64,000 bases of DNA from Octopus vulgaris (lineage: Eukaryota): assembly GCA_951406725.2 (NCBI GenBank), contig OX597837.1, positions 43,152,001-43,216,000 on the forward strand, in the 5' to 3' direction. A program made the position numbers and the translations under genes. The stretch's first letter is position 1, and the number at the start of each line of letters is the position of its first letter. Below, piece by piece: positions 42,531 to 56,627 of this stretch. Below the pieces are notes generated by a model, which was not told the DNA's origin, did not search any database, and saw only the letters and a list, made by a program, of their open reading frames with translations.

Positions 42531-42990
42531 TATAAATGATTTGAATAACACCTGCGTTTGACTCCATTTCTTAATTTATCCATGTTATTCAAAAACATTT
42601 CATTTAACCCAGGAATTCCTACATATATAAGTAGGCTGTAATATCCTTGGCAATTATACGAATTTTTGTTACCCTGGTAACTATTTATTTATTTTTTCCT
42701 TGTTATTTGTACATACTGAAAAAATACACATACACTTATATGTATATGGAACGTGTAAAGTTAAATGAGCGCATGAACGAAGACTGTGCCTGTCTTCAAT
42801 CATTTCAGCTTCAGCCACACACAACATTTTTCATGAAAGCCACTAGTCAGAGGAATACTGCCTACCCAACCCAGCATTGTTAAAAAAGGCGTTGAGAAAT
42901 AATCTAATTGCTGGACTCGGCTGATAACCGATTCTGTCTTACACGTGACAACAATTGTTCGACATAACTCTCCGTTAAATTTACTCAACA

Positions 42991-43226
42991 CAAGGCCGCG
43001 AGCTGACAGAAACGTTAGCACGCCGGGCAAAATACTTAGCGGTATTTCGTCTGCTGCTACGTTCTGAGTTCAAATTCCGCCGTGATCGATTTTGCCTTTT
43101 ATTCTTTCTGGGTCGATAAATTAAGTACCAATTACGCACTGGGTTCGATGTAATCGACTTAATCCCTTTGTCTCTCTTTGTTTGTCCCCACTGTGTGTAG
43201 CCCCTTGTGGGCAATAAAGAAATAAT
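42991..43226 (+). mobile_element. SINE family C full copy
   Basis: AAGGCCGCGAGCTGACAGAAACGTTAGCACGCCGGGC..GAGTTCAAATTCC..GCCCCTTGTGGGCAATAAAGAAATA. Confidence 0.92.
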
Positions 43227-43639
43227 AAACGTTAGCGCAAAGAGGCAAGATGTTTAGTGGCATTTTATCGGTCTTAAATTAACAGCTTGACTAAACTCCT
43301 CAAAAACACAGGATAAGTACCTGGCTAGAAAGAAAGAAGCATTGGGGCCAATTTGTTCAACAAAACTCTTCAGTGCTCCAGCATGGCCGCAGTCTAATGA
43401 CTGAAGCAAGTAAGAAATAAGTGGTAGGCGAGGACTGTGGCTTTTATTATTTGTCCAATTCTGGTTCTCATCCAGGAAATACCTTCTTTATCTTTCATTT
43501 TCCAGTCGTTTGTTTCCAGTTTACAAACGGTTACGATTTGATGCGGTCTGAAGAACGTTCATCTGATATCGCAGTTTCTACATACATAGGTATCATATAT
43601 AACAAAACGAGTAAAGGTTACCTTCTGAAGTCATACTGA

Positions 43640-43853
43640 TTCATAAAGGCCGGTTTCCCTGTTTCCATGGTGTATTCATTCTCCCCCCATCATGGACGGG
43701 ACACCGGTCCGTCTCAGGATTATTCATTTTCGCCTGCTGAGTGAAGTGAAGAGCTTTGTTCAAAAACACAATGTGTCGCCCGGTCCAGAAATCGAAACCG
43801 CAATCTTATGATCATGAGTCCAATACCATAACCACTAAGCCATGTGCCTCCAC
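43640..43853 (-). mobile_element. SINE B-type (head + M1 + T2-like tail)
   Basis: Reverse complement GTGGAGGCACATGGCTTAGTGG..GGTTTCGATTTCTGGACCGGGCGAC..CCCGTCCA..GGAAACAGGGAAACCGGCC. Confidence 0.8.
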
Positions 43854-45160
43854 TGTAGGTGGTATACCATGCAATGACTGAGATTTTAACAGAACAGAAA
43901 AGATGTTACGGATATTTCCAATAGTTCCGAAGAAATTGCCAGTTTTGAACAATACACCTCTGAATACATGTCACATCAATTGTATCTTTGGCATCAGTGC
44001 GATAGCATACAAATATTGGTATTTTATATGAAGGTATTTATGAGTTGGCATTTTTTGACGTTATGTGATACAGAAATAGCGAGATTTTCATTACAAAATA
44101 TCCTTTTGTATTCTGTTGCCCTCGGTGCTATTTCGGCCCCGTCGTCACATCTTTGATCCCTGTAATCTTCCAAATGAATGCCATTTTAGATTAGTGTTAC
44201 CTTTATCAAACACACCTTCTCATAACTTGTTGTCTCAGTAGTTTTCGTTCGAAAGATAGAAATCTCTCATTGAAATTAACCTTAGAATCAATAAATCGAA
44301 GGTAACCTAAGACATATGTACGTCTTTTCGACATGTGTAGAATCAAATGTTGCATCTATTATTATGGCTATCTTTCAGAACAAGATTGTGTTTCAGAACG
44401 TGATTGACCAAAGAGAAATATGTTCATTTGTCGATTCATTCAACAGACAAATAATATATTTGCTGCCTCTCATCTTTGCCCTGGTTATCTTTGTCTTCAT
44501 GACATGGATTTCAAGTGCGGGGTCCCAATGAGAGAAAAGTTCAACCCGAGCATAGATGGAAGCTTTGTGAACAGACGTTAGGAGAGGTGCCGTAGAATGC
44601 TAACGCTCATTCACGCGAGATGAATTAATGTCAATCAGTCGGTGAAAAATATTAGTCAGATAGCCTTTCCTCTTATCGTTTGTTTCTGCAGAAAATGTTC
44701 CACACATCTGTTTGAAAGAATTCTTTGTTCAAGCTTTCTCCACATTCAATTTCTGCTGGTTATTTAATTCAATTTATGCTGGTTACTGCGTTCATACTCA
44801 GGGATTCTGCCACGTAATTTTCTCCGTATTACTGCGGTGGATCATCCATTCTCTTTTATCAAAGCTGATGCTTTTATTAGCTCTGTCTTTTCCAAAGAGT
44901 CGACATGATAAACAGAAGGTGGCTTCTTTCGTGATACTCTACATTAATCACTCTCTCACCGCTGTGATTTCTCTGTTTAAAGATTCTGACTGAAAAAAGA
45001 TTGCTGCTCGCTATCACATGAAAATATTTTGGACAAAGAAATATGACCCCTGTGTGCGCCTTTCCAATATTTTCTGTAATTCTTTGTATGACATTTTCCG
45101 TTTAAAATCCATCTTCTGTATTTGAGTTAGTGGCATGTTAGCGGTATATTTTATCAGTGA

Positions 45161-45359
45161 TCTTTTACTTGTTTCAGTCATTAGACTGCGGCCATGCTGG
45201 GGCAGCGTCTTGGAGAATATTTAGTCGAATGAATGAATCAACCGCAGTATTTATTATCTTAAAGCTTAGTACTTATTCTATCGGTCTCTTTTTACTGAAC
45301 CGCTAAAGTTACGGGAGGCAAACATACCAGCAACAAGTGGGGGACAGGCACAGACACAA

Positions 45360-45410
<51 letters not shown>

Positions 45411-45488
45411 CTCTCTCTCTCTCTCACACACAGTTATATAAATATATGTATATATGTATATATATATATATATATACACATACATACA

Positions 45489-45546
<58 letters not shown>

Positions 45547-46277
45547 TATATATATTGGGCATCCGGAAAGTTTGTGCCGATTTATAGCAGCTTACCTTTC
45601 GACATATTTTAGAATCATGGTTGAGTCCATAATTTAGGATTTTACTACACGTCCATTTAGAGCACAGTTTAAGCTATCTTTTCATGGAAGAAGGCTTATG
45701 TTCCTATAACCTGTGTTAATTCTGTAACCCTTTAAAATGGAAGATAAGAAAGTTCATTTTCGGCACTTGATGCTTTTCTTTTTCCGTAAAGGGAAAAATG
45801 CCTCACAAGCAACCAAAGAAATATGCGCAGTTTACGGTGATGTTTCTTTATCCAAAAGAACTGTACGGAAGTGGTTTGCAAGGTTCCGAGCTGGAGATTG
45901 ATAAAAAGCAATCAGGCAGACCATCCACTACCGATGATGACCAAATCAAGTTACTAATTGAGAATAACACACATTGCACAACCCGAGAATTGGCAGAAAG
46001 CCCCAACCTATTAATCGGTCATAAGCACCTGGTAAAGCTTGGATAATGGCAAGTATTATTCACTTTTTTCTTTCCTTTAAAAATCGGCACGGACTTTCAG
46101 ATCAACCCAATATATATAAATGACGGGCTTCTTTCAATTTCCGTCAACCAAATCCACTAAGAAGGCTGTGGTCAGCCCGAGGTTATAAGCTGAAGACACT
46201 TTCCCAAGATGCCTCACGGCGGGGCTGAGCCCGGAACCATGTAGTTGGAAAGTAAACTTCTTACCACACAGCCACGC
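45161..46277 (-). mobile_element. SINE family A split by a mariner insertion
   Basis: Tail at 45161-45360, internal microsatellite, 5' half at 46120-46277. Confidence 0.85.
45555..46110 (+). mobile_element. internally deleted mariner transposon
   Basis: TIRs TTGGGCATCCGGAAAGTTTGTGCCGATTT / AAATCGGCACGGACTTTCAGATCAACCCAA with TA flanks; ATG 45737 gives MEDKKVHFRHLMLFFFRKGKNASQATKEICAVYG..VRKWFARFRAGD, frameshift, SGRPSTTDDDQIK..TTRELAE (mariner HTH region). Confidence 0.93.
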
Positions 46278-47379
46278 GGATATGTTTAAGTTAGCTGACT
46301 TTCAGATTTGATTGCTTGAGTACTGAAGACACTTCATGATGCACAAATATACAGAGGACCTAAATATGCATATAATCTAAATTTCACCGCAGTTTCTAGA
46401 CGATTTTCACCTGCTACTCTTATTCCAGGTAACTTTTACTCCAATGCGTATATAGGATTTGCTGTCTCGAGAAGAATGCGGCCGTTTTCTGGCTGCCTGC
46501 AGTATATTCATATTAACTAAGGCGAACAGAATGCTATTTTGATAGTCATTGTTAAAAAAATACAAAATGAATAAATAGTAATAAAAACGAAAATAATTTT
46601 TTGTAATTTTCTGGAATTTACATTCTTACGAAACTTATTACTCGTAAAATGGTTATAATATCAAAGTGTCCAATCAAAGAGTAAAAACGCCAAGAGCTTA
46701 ATATAAAGTGGTAGAGGAGCGGAAGTGAGGACATTACTAATAAATAGAGCAGTAGCGAAGCTAAAATAAACCATGAAAAAAAAAATGGCCGTTAATATTA
46801 GAACATCGCTCGCAAATAGTCTAAAATATAGAATAGACAGACATAACTTTGAACATAACTTTCGAAGTCTGTTAATAGAATATTAACTTATATAGCGACT
46901 TATATAGCAGTAATAGTTACAACATGACAACAAAAGAGACAAGAGAAATTAAGTATGAAAATAGTAACTTAACAACCGACAAAATGGCAACGAACTTCAC
47001 ATCATAAACAGGCGTACTTGAACATCAATTAATGAATATAGTAAAAACATTGATTTTATCTTCTTCGTAAGCGGTTCACCAATATTTGACTTGTGTTTAT
47101 ATGTTTGCGTGAATGTGTGTGCATTTACTTGTGTATATGTGTGTGTGTGTATATATATGTGTGGGTGTCTGTGTGTGGGCGTTTGAGTGCGTGTATGTGT
47201 GTGAGTGTGTGATTTGCTTCCATCATGCACAATGAGTTCGAAGCCAATGTGAACCCAACGCTTTTTAAAACGAAAAAAACCTTCCGATACACCCATACTC
47301 AATGCTAAGAGACAGAGGCTCAGAAACAGAAGGTGCCGTGGGATGTGCTAATATTTTTGATTGGGTGTTGGCTTGTTCA

Positions 47380-47530
47380 CGTCACTCCATAACTTAGCGG
47401 TTCGTCAAAACAGGGCGACACAATAAGTACCAGAATTAAAAACGATAAGTACAGAGATCGATTTGTTCGACCAAGCACTTCAAGACGGTGCTCCAGAAGA
47501 GGCGCAGCTCAAAAGCTGAGTCAGGTAAAA
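47380..47530 (+). mobile_element. SINE family A, 3' half (diverged)
   Basis: TAACTTAGCGGTTCG..ATAAGTACCAG..TCGATTTGTTCGAC..CGGTGCTCCAG. Confidence 0.75.
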
Positions 47531-47589
47531 GATACAAGATAATATATATATACATATACGTACAAAACACATGTATATCTATCTATATA

Positions 47590-47641
<52 letters not shown>

Positions 47642-47718
47642 TATAGATATGAATATATATATATATATACATACAAACATACATACATATATATATACAT
47701 ACACATAGATTTATCATG

Positions 47719-47767
<49 letters not shown>

Positions 47768-48292
47768 TATGTATATATACATATATATATGTGTGTGTGG
47801 GTGTACGTGTGTGTAAGTGTGTGCGCGTGAGCGTGTGTATGAAAGTAGTGTATTGACGTGGAATAAGATGTTATATATAAATGAGCTCACAAAATCGACG
47901 CTACTAAATTAGTTAATACTAATTAACTATGTCATTAAGAACCAGAGGTTTATTGATACATCATGGAACTAGTAGAAATGAAGCCAAGCGTTATGCTGAC
48001 TGCTAAAATATAATACTAGAAGAGAGAAAAAAATAATAACCCGAATATTATTAATATGAAAGAAAATAAAAGTTGCGTCTCGGAATCATATATGTATGAG
48101 AAGAGAAAATTTAGTGAATCTGCAACGTAAAGTCACACTTTGACAATTTCAAAAGGAATCGGTAGACAACAGGAAATAGAATGTCAGAAGTAAACAGGAA
48201 GCTGTGTAGGAGAGGAACTTGGTCAATATGATTCCAGTCGTAGCCGTTTTTCTAAGAGAAATTGAAAACAATGTCGGAGAACACTTTAATTT

Positions 48293-48331
<39 letters not shown>

Positions 48332-48340
48332 ATATATATG

Positions 48341-48387
<47 letters not shown>

Positions 48388-48393
48388 TTATAC

Positions 48394-48424
<31 letters not shown>

Positions 48425-48529
48425 TGTATAAATATATATACATATATATATATATATATATTTATATACACAGACACATATATATATATTTATATATATA
48501 TTCATATATTTATATATATGTATATATGT

Positions 48530-48584
<55 letters not shown>

Positions 48585-49095
48585 ACTGACGCCGAAGTTG
48601 TCATCGTCACAAGAAAGTGTTGAATAAGATATAGCCTCTACTTAGAATTAAAACTATTGACTAAGAGGTAGCGGATGAAGAAAAAAACACTGAAAATGTC
48701 TATGAGATATTTTTTTTGTTTCGTAGATAGTAAGAACATAGACGCAGTTACGGTTGTGTAGTTCAGATGTTCGCATCGCAATCATGCAAAATAAAGAATT
48801 GTATATTTTCATCTGTCTTACCCGCTTATGTTCTGATGTTTGCTGGTTTTTTGTAGAGAACATTCTTTTCTATGTGGTTAGATCGTAGGTGATCTATTTC
48901 TAGCATATTCGATGTCCACTTAGTGGTCATCCCTTCTTATACGCATGTAATACAATTTTTCTGAATTTTCAGATCTTTCTACATTGTAGGCTACTGGTTT
49001 TAAATTGATGTTAATTAAATTAATATTCAATTTATCACCCTCATTATTTAAATTACACACACACACACACACACATACACACACACACACACACG

Positions 49096-49126
<31 letters not shown>

Positions 49127-49284
49127 CTGACGGGCTTCCATACAATTTCCGTCAAACAAAATCATTGAAATTCGTTCAAAGTGCATGGTTAGCTACAATT
49201 GAAGATATTTGCTCTGCGTGCTGTGTAGTGAGATTGAACCCAAAAGTATGCTGTTGCGAAGCGAACTGCTTAACCATACAGCCA
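49127..49284 (-). mobile_element. SINE family A, 5' half (diverged)
   Basis: GACGGGCTTCCATACAATTTCCGTC..CTTAACCATACAGCCA. Confidence 0.65.
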
Positions 49285-50236
49285 TTCTCATAGACTCACC
49301 CACATCTGGGATATTCGATTTCCTTATAAAATGACAATTATGAGGATTTGAACAACATACTTCCAAGCTGACAAGGTAGCTTTCAATTATGAATCGCTTT
49401 CTTTCCTTTGAGCGTTGTATTGTATCAACCTGGTACCTATTCACATAGATATTGAGAACGCAGAAAAGGTTGATGAGGACGCATCTAGATTATTGAAGGT
49501 GCAAAAAAAAATGTCAATAGAATTTGCTAGAGGCTACCAATTCTTGGAACAATCCAGAAAACTGCAATCCTAAACAGAATGGATTAAGATGGAAAAGGAA
49601 TAAAAAGGACAAAAAATAAGACGAGAACGGATGATGAATAACACCTGACATACCAGAGAAAGAAATCTATCGAAGGAAATGTCATCAATGGAGATGATCA
49701 AAGTTAGCTAAAATTCCAAAATTCTTCCTCAGCTTATCTATTCCATTTTCTCAGAAGTTGATGCGTTGGAATACATCTTCACGTCATCTTGGTTAATAGA
49801 AACAACTACTTGGAAAGAAACGAATTTTCGTTCGCATCTGAACGTGTAAACAAGAGGGTAAAATATTTAAATAAAGTATTTGATGTTTGCTTGGCTTTTC
49901 GTAATACCAAGCAAACTTGAATTAAAGTAAATATATTTAAAGCGCATGCTCATTCCATTGGAAGTGAGAGAATTAACGGAACTACAAAATTATAAAGGCC
50001 AGTTAATGGATTTATACTGAAAAATAATCGAGCTAAAAACTATTTTAGAATTTTAGAAAGCTTTGACATTTATCGACGAAATAAATGTCAGAGATGCTTT
50101 CTCTCCGAAGTAAAATGCAGGAGCTACGTGCATAAAGTTTTGAAAGCTCTATCTTTTGTTGTTGACCAAAATGATTCGCATTGTTAGATAACAGCTGGCA
50201 GCTTAAAGTCACATATTGTGGCGAACACTAGTCTTT

Positions 50237-50520
50237 GTGGAGGCACATGGCCTAGTGGTTAGAGCAGCGGGTTCGAATCTCAGACCGGGCGATGTGTGTG
50301 TTTATGAGCGAAAACAGCTAAGCTCCACGCGGCTCCGGCAGAAGGTAATGGCGAACTTCTGCTGACTCTTTCGCCACAACTTTCTCTCACTCTTTCCTCC
50401 TGCATCTCTCAGCTCACCTGCGAAAGAACTGGCTTCCCGTCCAGGTGGGGAACCTATACGCCAAGGAAACCGGGAAACTAGCCCTTATGAGCCAGGCATG
50501 GCTCGAGAAGGAACAAACAA
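50237..50520 (+). mobile_element. SINE B-type (head + M2 + tail T2)
   Basis: GGAGGCACATGGCCTAGTGGTTAG; AAGCTCCACGCGGCTCC..ACAACTTTCTCTCACTCTTT; CCCGTCCAGGTGGGGAAC..GAAACCGGGAAAC..GGCTCGAGAAGGAACAAACAA. Confidence 0.9.
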
Positions 50521-51114
50521 CTAGTCTGTATGATTCGCCTGAGTTGGGTAACAAGGGTTAAACTAGAACATATACCATTACACATATGTATTATATGTCT
50601 GTGTGTGTGTGTGTGTGTGTGTGCGCACGCGTGCATATGTATCTTCATATAATAATAGCCGATATAAATGTTGGTTGGTCGGTTGATTGGTTGGTTCAAT
50701 CACCCCCTTACACTTCACACCGTAATGAGTGAAGAGGAGAGAGGAGAGTAAGTAAAACAGTGATACGATGGAAATTTATACAAGAGATACAGTACAGGAT
50801 GGGGGGGGGCATAACTTTCAAAACCATACACATTTCTTAATGAAATATCGCAGAAATAAGTTTTCCATGGAGGTACAGTTAAATTAAGTTGAAAATTTTT
50901 AGGAAAAAAAATAACGACATTTTTTGCAAATTTTCAAATGAGAAATTTGTTTTATTTAATTCTAAAGTAATAAATATTTTTCTTTTTCATTTGTATAAGC
51001 ACCAAGGAATTTGATGATTATTGTATGTATGTCATATAGACTGATATTAACCATGGTGGCAAAATATACTTCCAAAGTTACTCGTCATAAGACGAGCAAC
51101 GCTTTAGAATTTCT

Positions 51115-51348
51115 TATTTCTTTACTGTCAACAAGGGGCTATACACAGAAGGGACAAATAAGGACAGACAAACGAATTAAGTCGATTATATCGACCCCAG
51201 TGCGTAACTGGTACTTATTTAATCGACCCCAAAAGGATGAAAGGTAAAGTCGACCTCGGCGGAATTTGAACTCAGAACGTAACGGCAGACGAAATACCGC
51301 TAAGCATTTCGCCCAGCGTGATAACGATTCTACCAGCTCGCCCCCCTT
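51115..51348 (-). mobile_element. SINE family C full copy
   Basis: Reverse complement of 42991-43226. Confidence 0.92.
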
Positions 51349-51578
51349 AGAGTTTCTCTCTTCCTTTCTCTCTCTGTCTTTCTCTCCCTCCCCCCTCTCT
51401 CTCTCTATAAATATATATATATATAAGCAAGTTAGATGTTATGCAACCATCTAAAGAATAGATGTATCCGTAGGCACTCCTGATGTATTACCTCACAATG
51501 CATAAACCTCGTTATCAGGTATACGGTAGTAGGTAATTTAAAGGTAAAACCGTGGTTTAATACATACAGAGAAGATAA

Positions 51579-51706
51579 GAAATGGAGTAATAATTAACAA
51601 TGAGAAATGGATCATTGTTGTTTAAAAGTCATTAATTCAAATTCAATTAAATAATGACTTTCACACACCTATGATCCACTTCTCATTATTAATTATTGCT
51701 CCATTT
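51579..51706. repeat. imperfect inverted repeat, possibly PLE terminal inversion
   Basis: AAATGGAGTAATAATTAACAATGAGAAATGGATCA mirrored by TGATCCACTTCTCATTATTAATTATTGCTCCATTT. Confidence 0.7.
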
Positions 51707-51739
51707 ATTATCCTCTCTCTCTATATATATACATATGCA

Positions 51740-51798
<59 letters not shown>

Positions 51799-51808
51799 AG
51801 ATATAGAT

Positions 51809-51961
<153 letters not shown>

Positions 51962-52526
51962 CTTAAAATAAAAAAAAAAAACCATTAATCTTGTAAATAC
52001 AGCTACCCAAGGTTTCCTGATGGAAACAATAATTTACTCCGCCATCTATCATGCTAAAAACAAGACCGTTTGTCAGTTGTCTTTTGAGCAGGTAACGTTT
52101 AAACATGAGTCGCTTGTAAAGAAGAAGACAGGGGAAAAAAAAACACAAGGGAGATAACCAACGTTACAATAATTCGATATCAAGCAGACGAAAAGCAGAT
52201 GTGAATGATTTACTAAGCGTCCGATGGTCTACTTTTAAATTCCGACACGATGTATTTCCTGGAATGCGGACATACAGAAAAATATCTCGTTCCTCGAATT
52301 TATGTATTCGCTGGAGGCTCTCAAGTTTTTTTTGTTTTTTTCTTACTAGCTACAGTTTTCCAAGAGAACACACTGAACATTTTTAGACCAGTTTAAACCT
52401 TATATTTTCTCTTATCTTGACAGATAGCAGGATGTGCTTCAAGGAAATTTACCTGATATAAGTCAATATAAATGTTATCCATTTCTTTCCACTGAGGTGA
52501 CAAATAATACGCACACACATAAACAC

Positions 52527-52613
<87 letters not shown>

Positions 52614-52648
52614 TGACTACATATATGTGTATATAGATATACACATAC

Positions 52649-52695
<47 letters not shown>

Positions 52696-52751
52696 CACAT
52701 ATATATGTATGTGTATACATATACATATATATGTATGTATATACTCTATAC

Positions 52752-53166
52752 TCTTTTTACTCTTTTACATGATTCAGCCATTCGACTGCGGCCATGCTGG
52801 AGCACCGCCTTTTAGTCGACCAAATCGATCCCAGGACTTATTCTTTGTAAGCCTAGTACTTATTCTATCCGTCTCTTTTGCTGAACTGCTAAGTTACGGG
52901 GACGTAAACACACCAGCATCGGTTGTCAAGCGATGTTGGCGGGGACAAACACAGACACACAAACACAGTCACACAAACACAGTCACACATACACATACAT
53001 ATATACGATGGGCTTCTTTCAGTTTCCGTCTACCAAATCTACTCACAACGCTTTGGTCGGCCCAAAGCTCTAGTAGAAGGCACTTGCTGAAGGTGCCATG
53101 CAATGGGAATGAACCCGGAACCATATGGTTGTTAAGCAAGCTACTTACCACACAGCCACTCCTACG

Positions 53167-53169
<3 letters not shown>
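52752..53169 (-). mobile_element. SINE family A full copy
   Basis: Tail, internal CA-rich tract and head all present. Confidence 0.92.
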
Positions 53170-53261
<92 letters not shown>

Positions 53262-53544
53262 AAGCATTTAGATATGAGCAGGATTTAGTCTAGTTGAAAT
53301 ATGTTTGTCCCATATTCAACTGCAAAGGTGTATTTGCCTTTTAGCAGTTCAAATATGTGACAAACATGTGACCATCATGTGACCATGACGTTGTATGATA
53401 CAAGGTGGACATAATTTCAGACAATTCTGGATAAAAGCACGCACGAAAGCACACACACAGATACACAGCTATCACACTCGGGCTCACAAACACAAACATA
53501 CATACAACAGAATGGGCTTTAAGGGAGATTTAGCTGCTATAAAG

Positions 53545-53920
53545 GTGGTGGTCATGGGTTCGTCCCGCTGAGAGGTAATTTGGACATGTGCTTTTCTACT
53601 ATAACCCTTGGCCGACCAAAATCTTGTGGGTGGATTTTGTAGAAGGAAACTGAAAGAAGCTTGTCATGTATATATGTGTGTGTATGCGTATGTATATGCA
53701 CGTGTGTGTGTATGTGTGCGTATGTGTGTCTTTGTGCTTGTCTGTTTGTTTTTGTCCTCATCATCACTTGACAACCGGTGTTAGTTGGTATACGTCCATA
53801 TAACATAGCGGTTATACTAGGCTTCAAATATTCAGTTCCAGTGTCCATCTGTTCGACTAAACCTTTGAAGACGATGCCCCAGCATGACCGCAGACCTAAG
53901 ACTGAAACTAGCGAATGAAA
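53545..53920 (+). mobile_element. SINE family A, diverged copy
   Basis: TTCTACTATAACCCTTGGCCGACCAAA..GGAAACTGAAAGAAGC..CTTGACAACCGGTG..CCAGCATGACCGCAG..GACTGAAAC. Confidence 0.8.
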
Positions 53921-54041
53921 GATATATTCAGAATAAATGTTATACATTTTCAACCGAGTGAGGTGTCGAATGAACAATATATATTGTTAGTGTCCGCGTT
54001 GGTGTTTTTGGATAGAAGGCCGACATAGATTCAGGCAATTT

Positions 54042-54081
<40 letters not shown>

Positions 54082-54085
54082 GTAC

Positions 54086-54135
<50 letters not shown>

Positions 54136-54296
54136 ACGTATTCAATGTACAGGTGGAAGAAGATTTAGCTGCTATATATCAAAATATATGTTATATAGTC
54201 TTTCCTGGTAAGGTGTCGAAGAACAGTATTATATATGATTTCGTCTCGGAATGCATGTTGTTTTTGCATACAAGATTCAAACACATTCAGAACAAT

Positions 54297-55090
54297 TCAC
54301 ACACACACAGAAATACACATACTCATAACACACGGAGAGAGAGAAATACACATACTCATAACACACAAACACACACACAGAAATACACATACTCATAACA
54401 CACAGACACACAGACAGAGAAATACAATAATCATAACACACACACACACACACACACACACAAATACACGTACTCATAACACACACACACACAGAAATAC
54501 ACATACTCAAAACATATACACACACACACACACACAAATACACATACTCATAACACACACACACAGAAATACACATACTCATAACACACACACACACACA
54601 GAAATACACATACTCATAACACATACACACAGAGAAATATACATACTCAAAACACATACACACAGAGACAGAGAAATACACATAATCATAATACACACAT
54701 ACACACACAGAAATACACAGAAATATACATACTCATAACACACACACACACACACAGAAATATACATACTCATAACACATACACACACACACACAGAAAT
54801 ATACATACTCATAAACACACACACACACACACACAGAAATATACATACTCATAACACACACACAGACAGGGAAATACACATACTCAAAACACACACACAC
54901 ACACACACAGAAATACACATACTCAAAACACACACACACACACACACAAATACACATACTCATAAACACACACACACACACACACAAATACACATACTCA
55001 TAACACACACACACACACAGAAATATACATACTCATAACACACACACACACACACACAAATACACATACTCATAACACACACACACACTC
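54297..55090. repeat. minisatellite of GAAATACACATACTCATAA(CA)n units (~28-36 bp)
   Basis: More than 20 units with constant core and variable (CA)n spacer. Confidence 0.92.
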
Positions 55091-55645
55091 ACGTACACAC
55101 AGATACACACTCGCACGTATTCAATCTACAGTTGGAGAGAGAAGAGAGAAAGACTTTCCCGGTAAGGTGTCGAATAATAGTGTTATATATGGTTTTGTCG
55201 GAATGCACGCTGTTTTTACATACAAGATGGACACACAAAATATTTCACACTCACACACAGAGAAATACAGGTACGCAGAAATAAACATACACACATATAA
55301 ATATACATATACACACACTAACACTCGTATACAATAAGACTTACATACATGGAAAATAATCGTATAGGTGGCAGTGTTAAGTTACATTTTGCATGGACAT
55401 CTTAGTGAAATATGTTTCTTGTATATCGATGTTAGTAAAAGAAAAAGAAAGAAAGTAAAAAAAAGAAAAAGAAAGATGGAAAAAATTTATGAAAGATTTA
55501 CGGAAGTGCTGCCACCTATTGATAAACCAATTTCTTATTCTAAACCATGGAATCCATCTCGGAGCAATTCTTACGGCTCTCCTTTATCACGGGATAAATG
55601 TGTAAAAGAAAAGTTGATTTATTGCAACATGCCGTTACGTTACAC

Positions 55646-55699
<54 letters not shown>

Positions 55700-55777
55700 C
55701 ACATATATATACGCCTGTACACATATGTATGTATATATATGTATATAAGTATGTACATATATATATGAATATATATA

Positions 55778-55814
<37 letters not shown>

Positions 55815-55854
55815 GTATATGTATTATATATATATATATATATATATACATATG

Positions 55855-55918
<64 letters not shown>

Positions 55919-56317
55919 CTTATATCTATATCTGTATGTATATATATAAGTACTTATATATATATAGATGTGTGTGTGTATAACATGCAGCTGAAACCTG
56001 GTGTTCATAGTGTGTGGTGCAGTAGTTCGCTTTGTATCTATGTGGTTGCGCGCTCGAATCCACAGCAAGTCGTACAAGTGTCTTATAGCATAGCATCGGG
56101 TTGACCAAAGCCATGTTTCGGCTCTCACTCACGAAGCTGTCGTTCCTAGTTTCAATTTCCGGATCAGGCGCTGCTGTGTTTTGTTGAGTTAGGTGCAATT
56201 ACTTCATGGAGCCGCGGCCAATTATATCCACGTAAAGCGCCACCACTGCCCCATGCACAGGTCACTGGCACCGAAACCTACACCACGACCACGAAGACGA
56301 CGACCACCACCACTGCC

Positions 56318-56583
56318 ACTATAATCATGATGATGATGATCATCATCAAAATGGACATCGTCATCATTCTCCTCCTCTTGTACATCCCTCCCGTTCTTTC
56401 TCTTTATCCTCTCCTTTTTTCTTCGTCCCCACCTCTTCTCTCCTACTTCTCCTTGTCTTCCAAATCCTCCTCCTCCTCCTATTCATCATCATTATTATCA
56501 GCGGCAGAAGCAGCAGCAGCAGCAGCACCCCCCATTCCCCCGCCACCACCACCGCCACCGCCACCACCACCGCCACCAGCACC

Positions 56584-56615
<32 letters not shown>

Positions 56616-56627
56616 CAACAACAACAT
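56318..56627. repeat. compound trinucleotide low-complexity tract
   Basis: GAT/TCC/GCA/CCA/CAA runs. Confidence 0.85.

Noticed and set aside
44670-44770. Good acceptor TTTGTTTCTGCAG at 44690
   Set aside because: The phase-compatible frame stops within about 25 codons and has no convincing donor.
54297-55090. Constant core with variable spacers, superficially CRISPR-like
   Set aside because: Spacers are only (CA)n of varying length; eukaryotic context; no cas genes.
55476-55650. [33 protein letters not shown]..
   Set aside because: Protein-like, but preceded by a purine tract instead of an acceptor and no recognisable homology.
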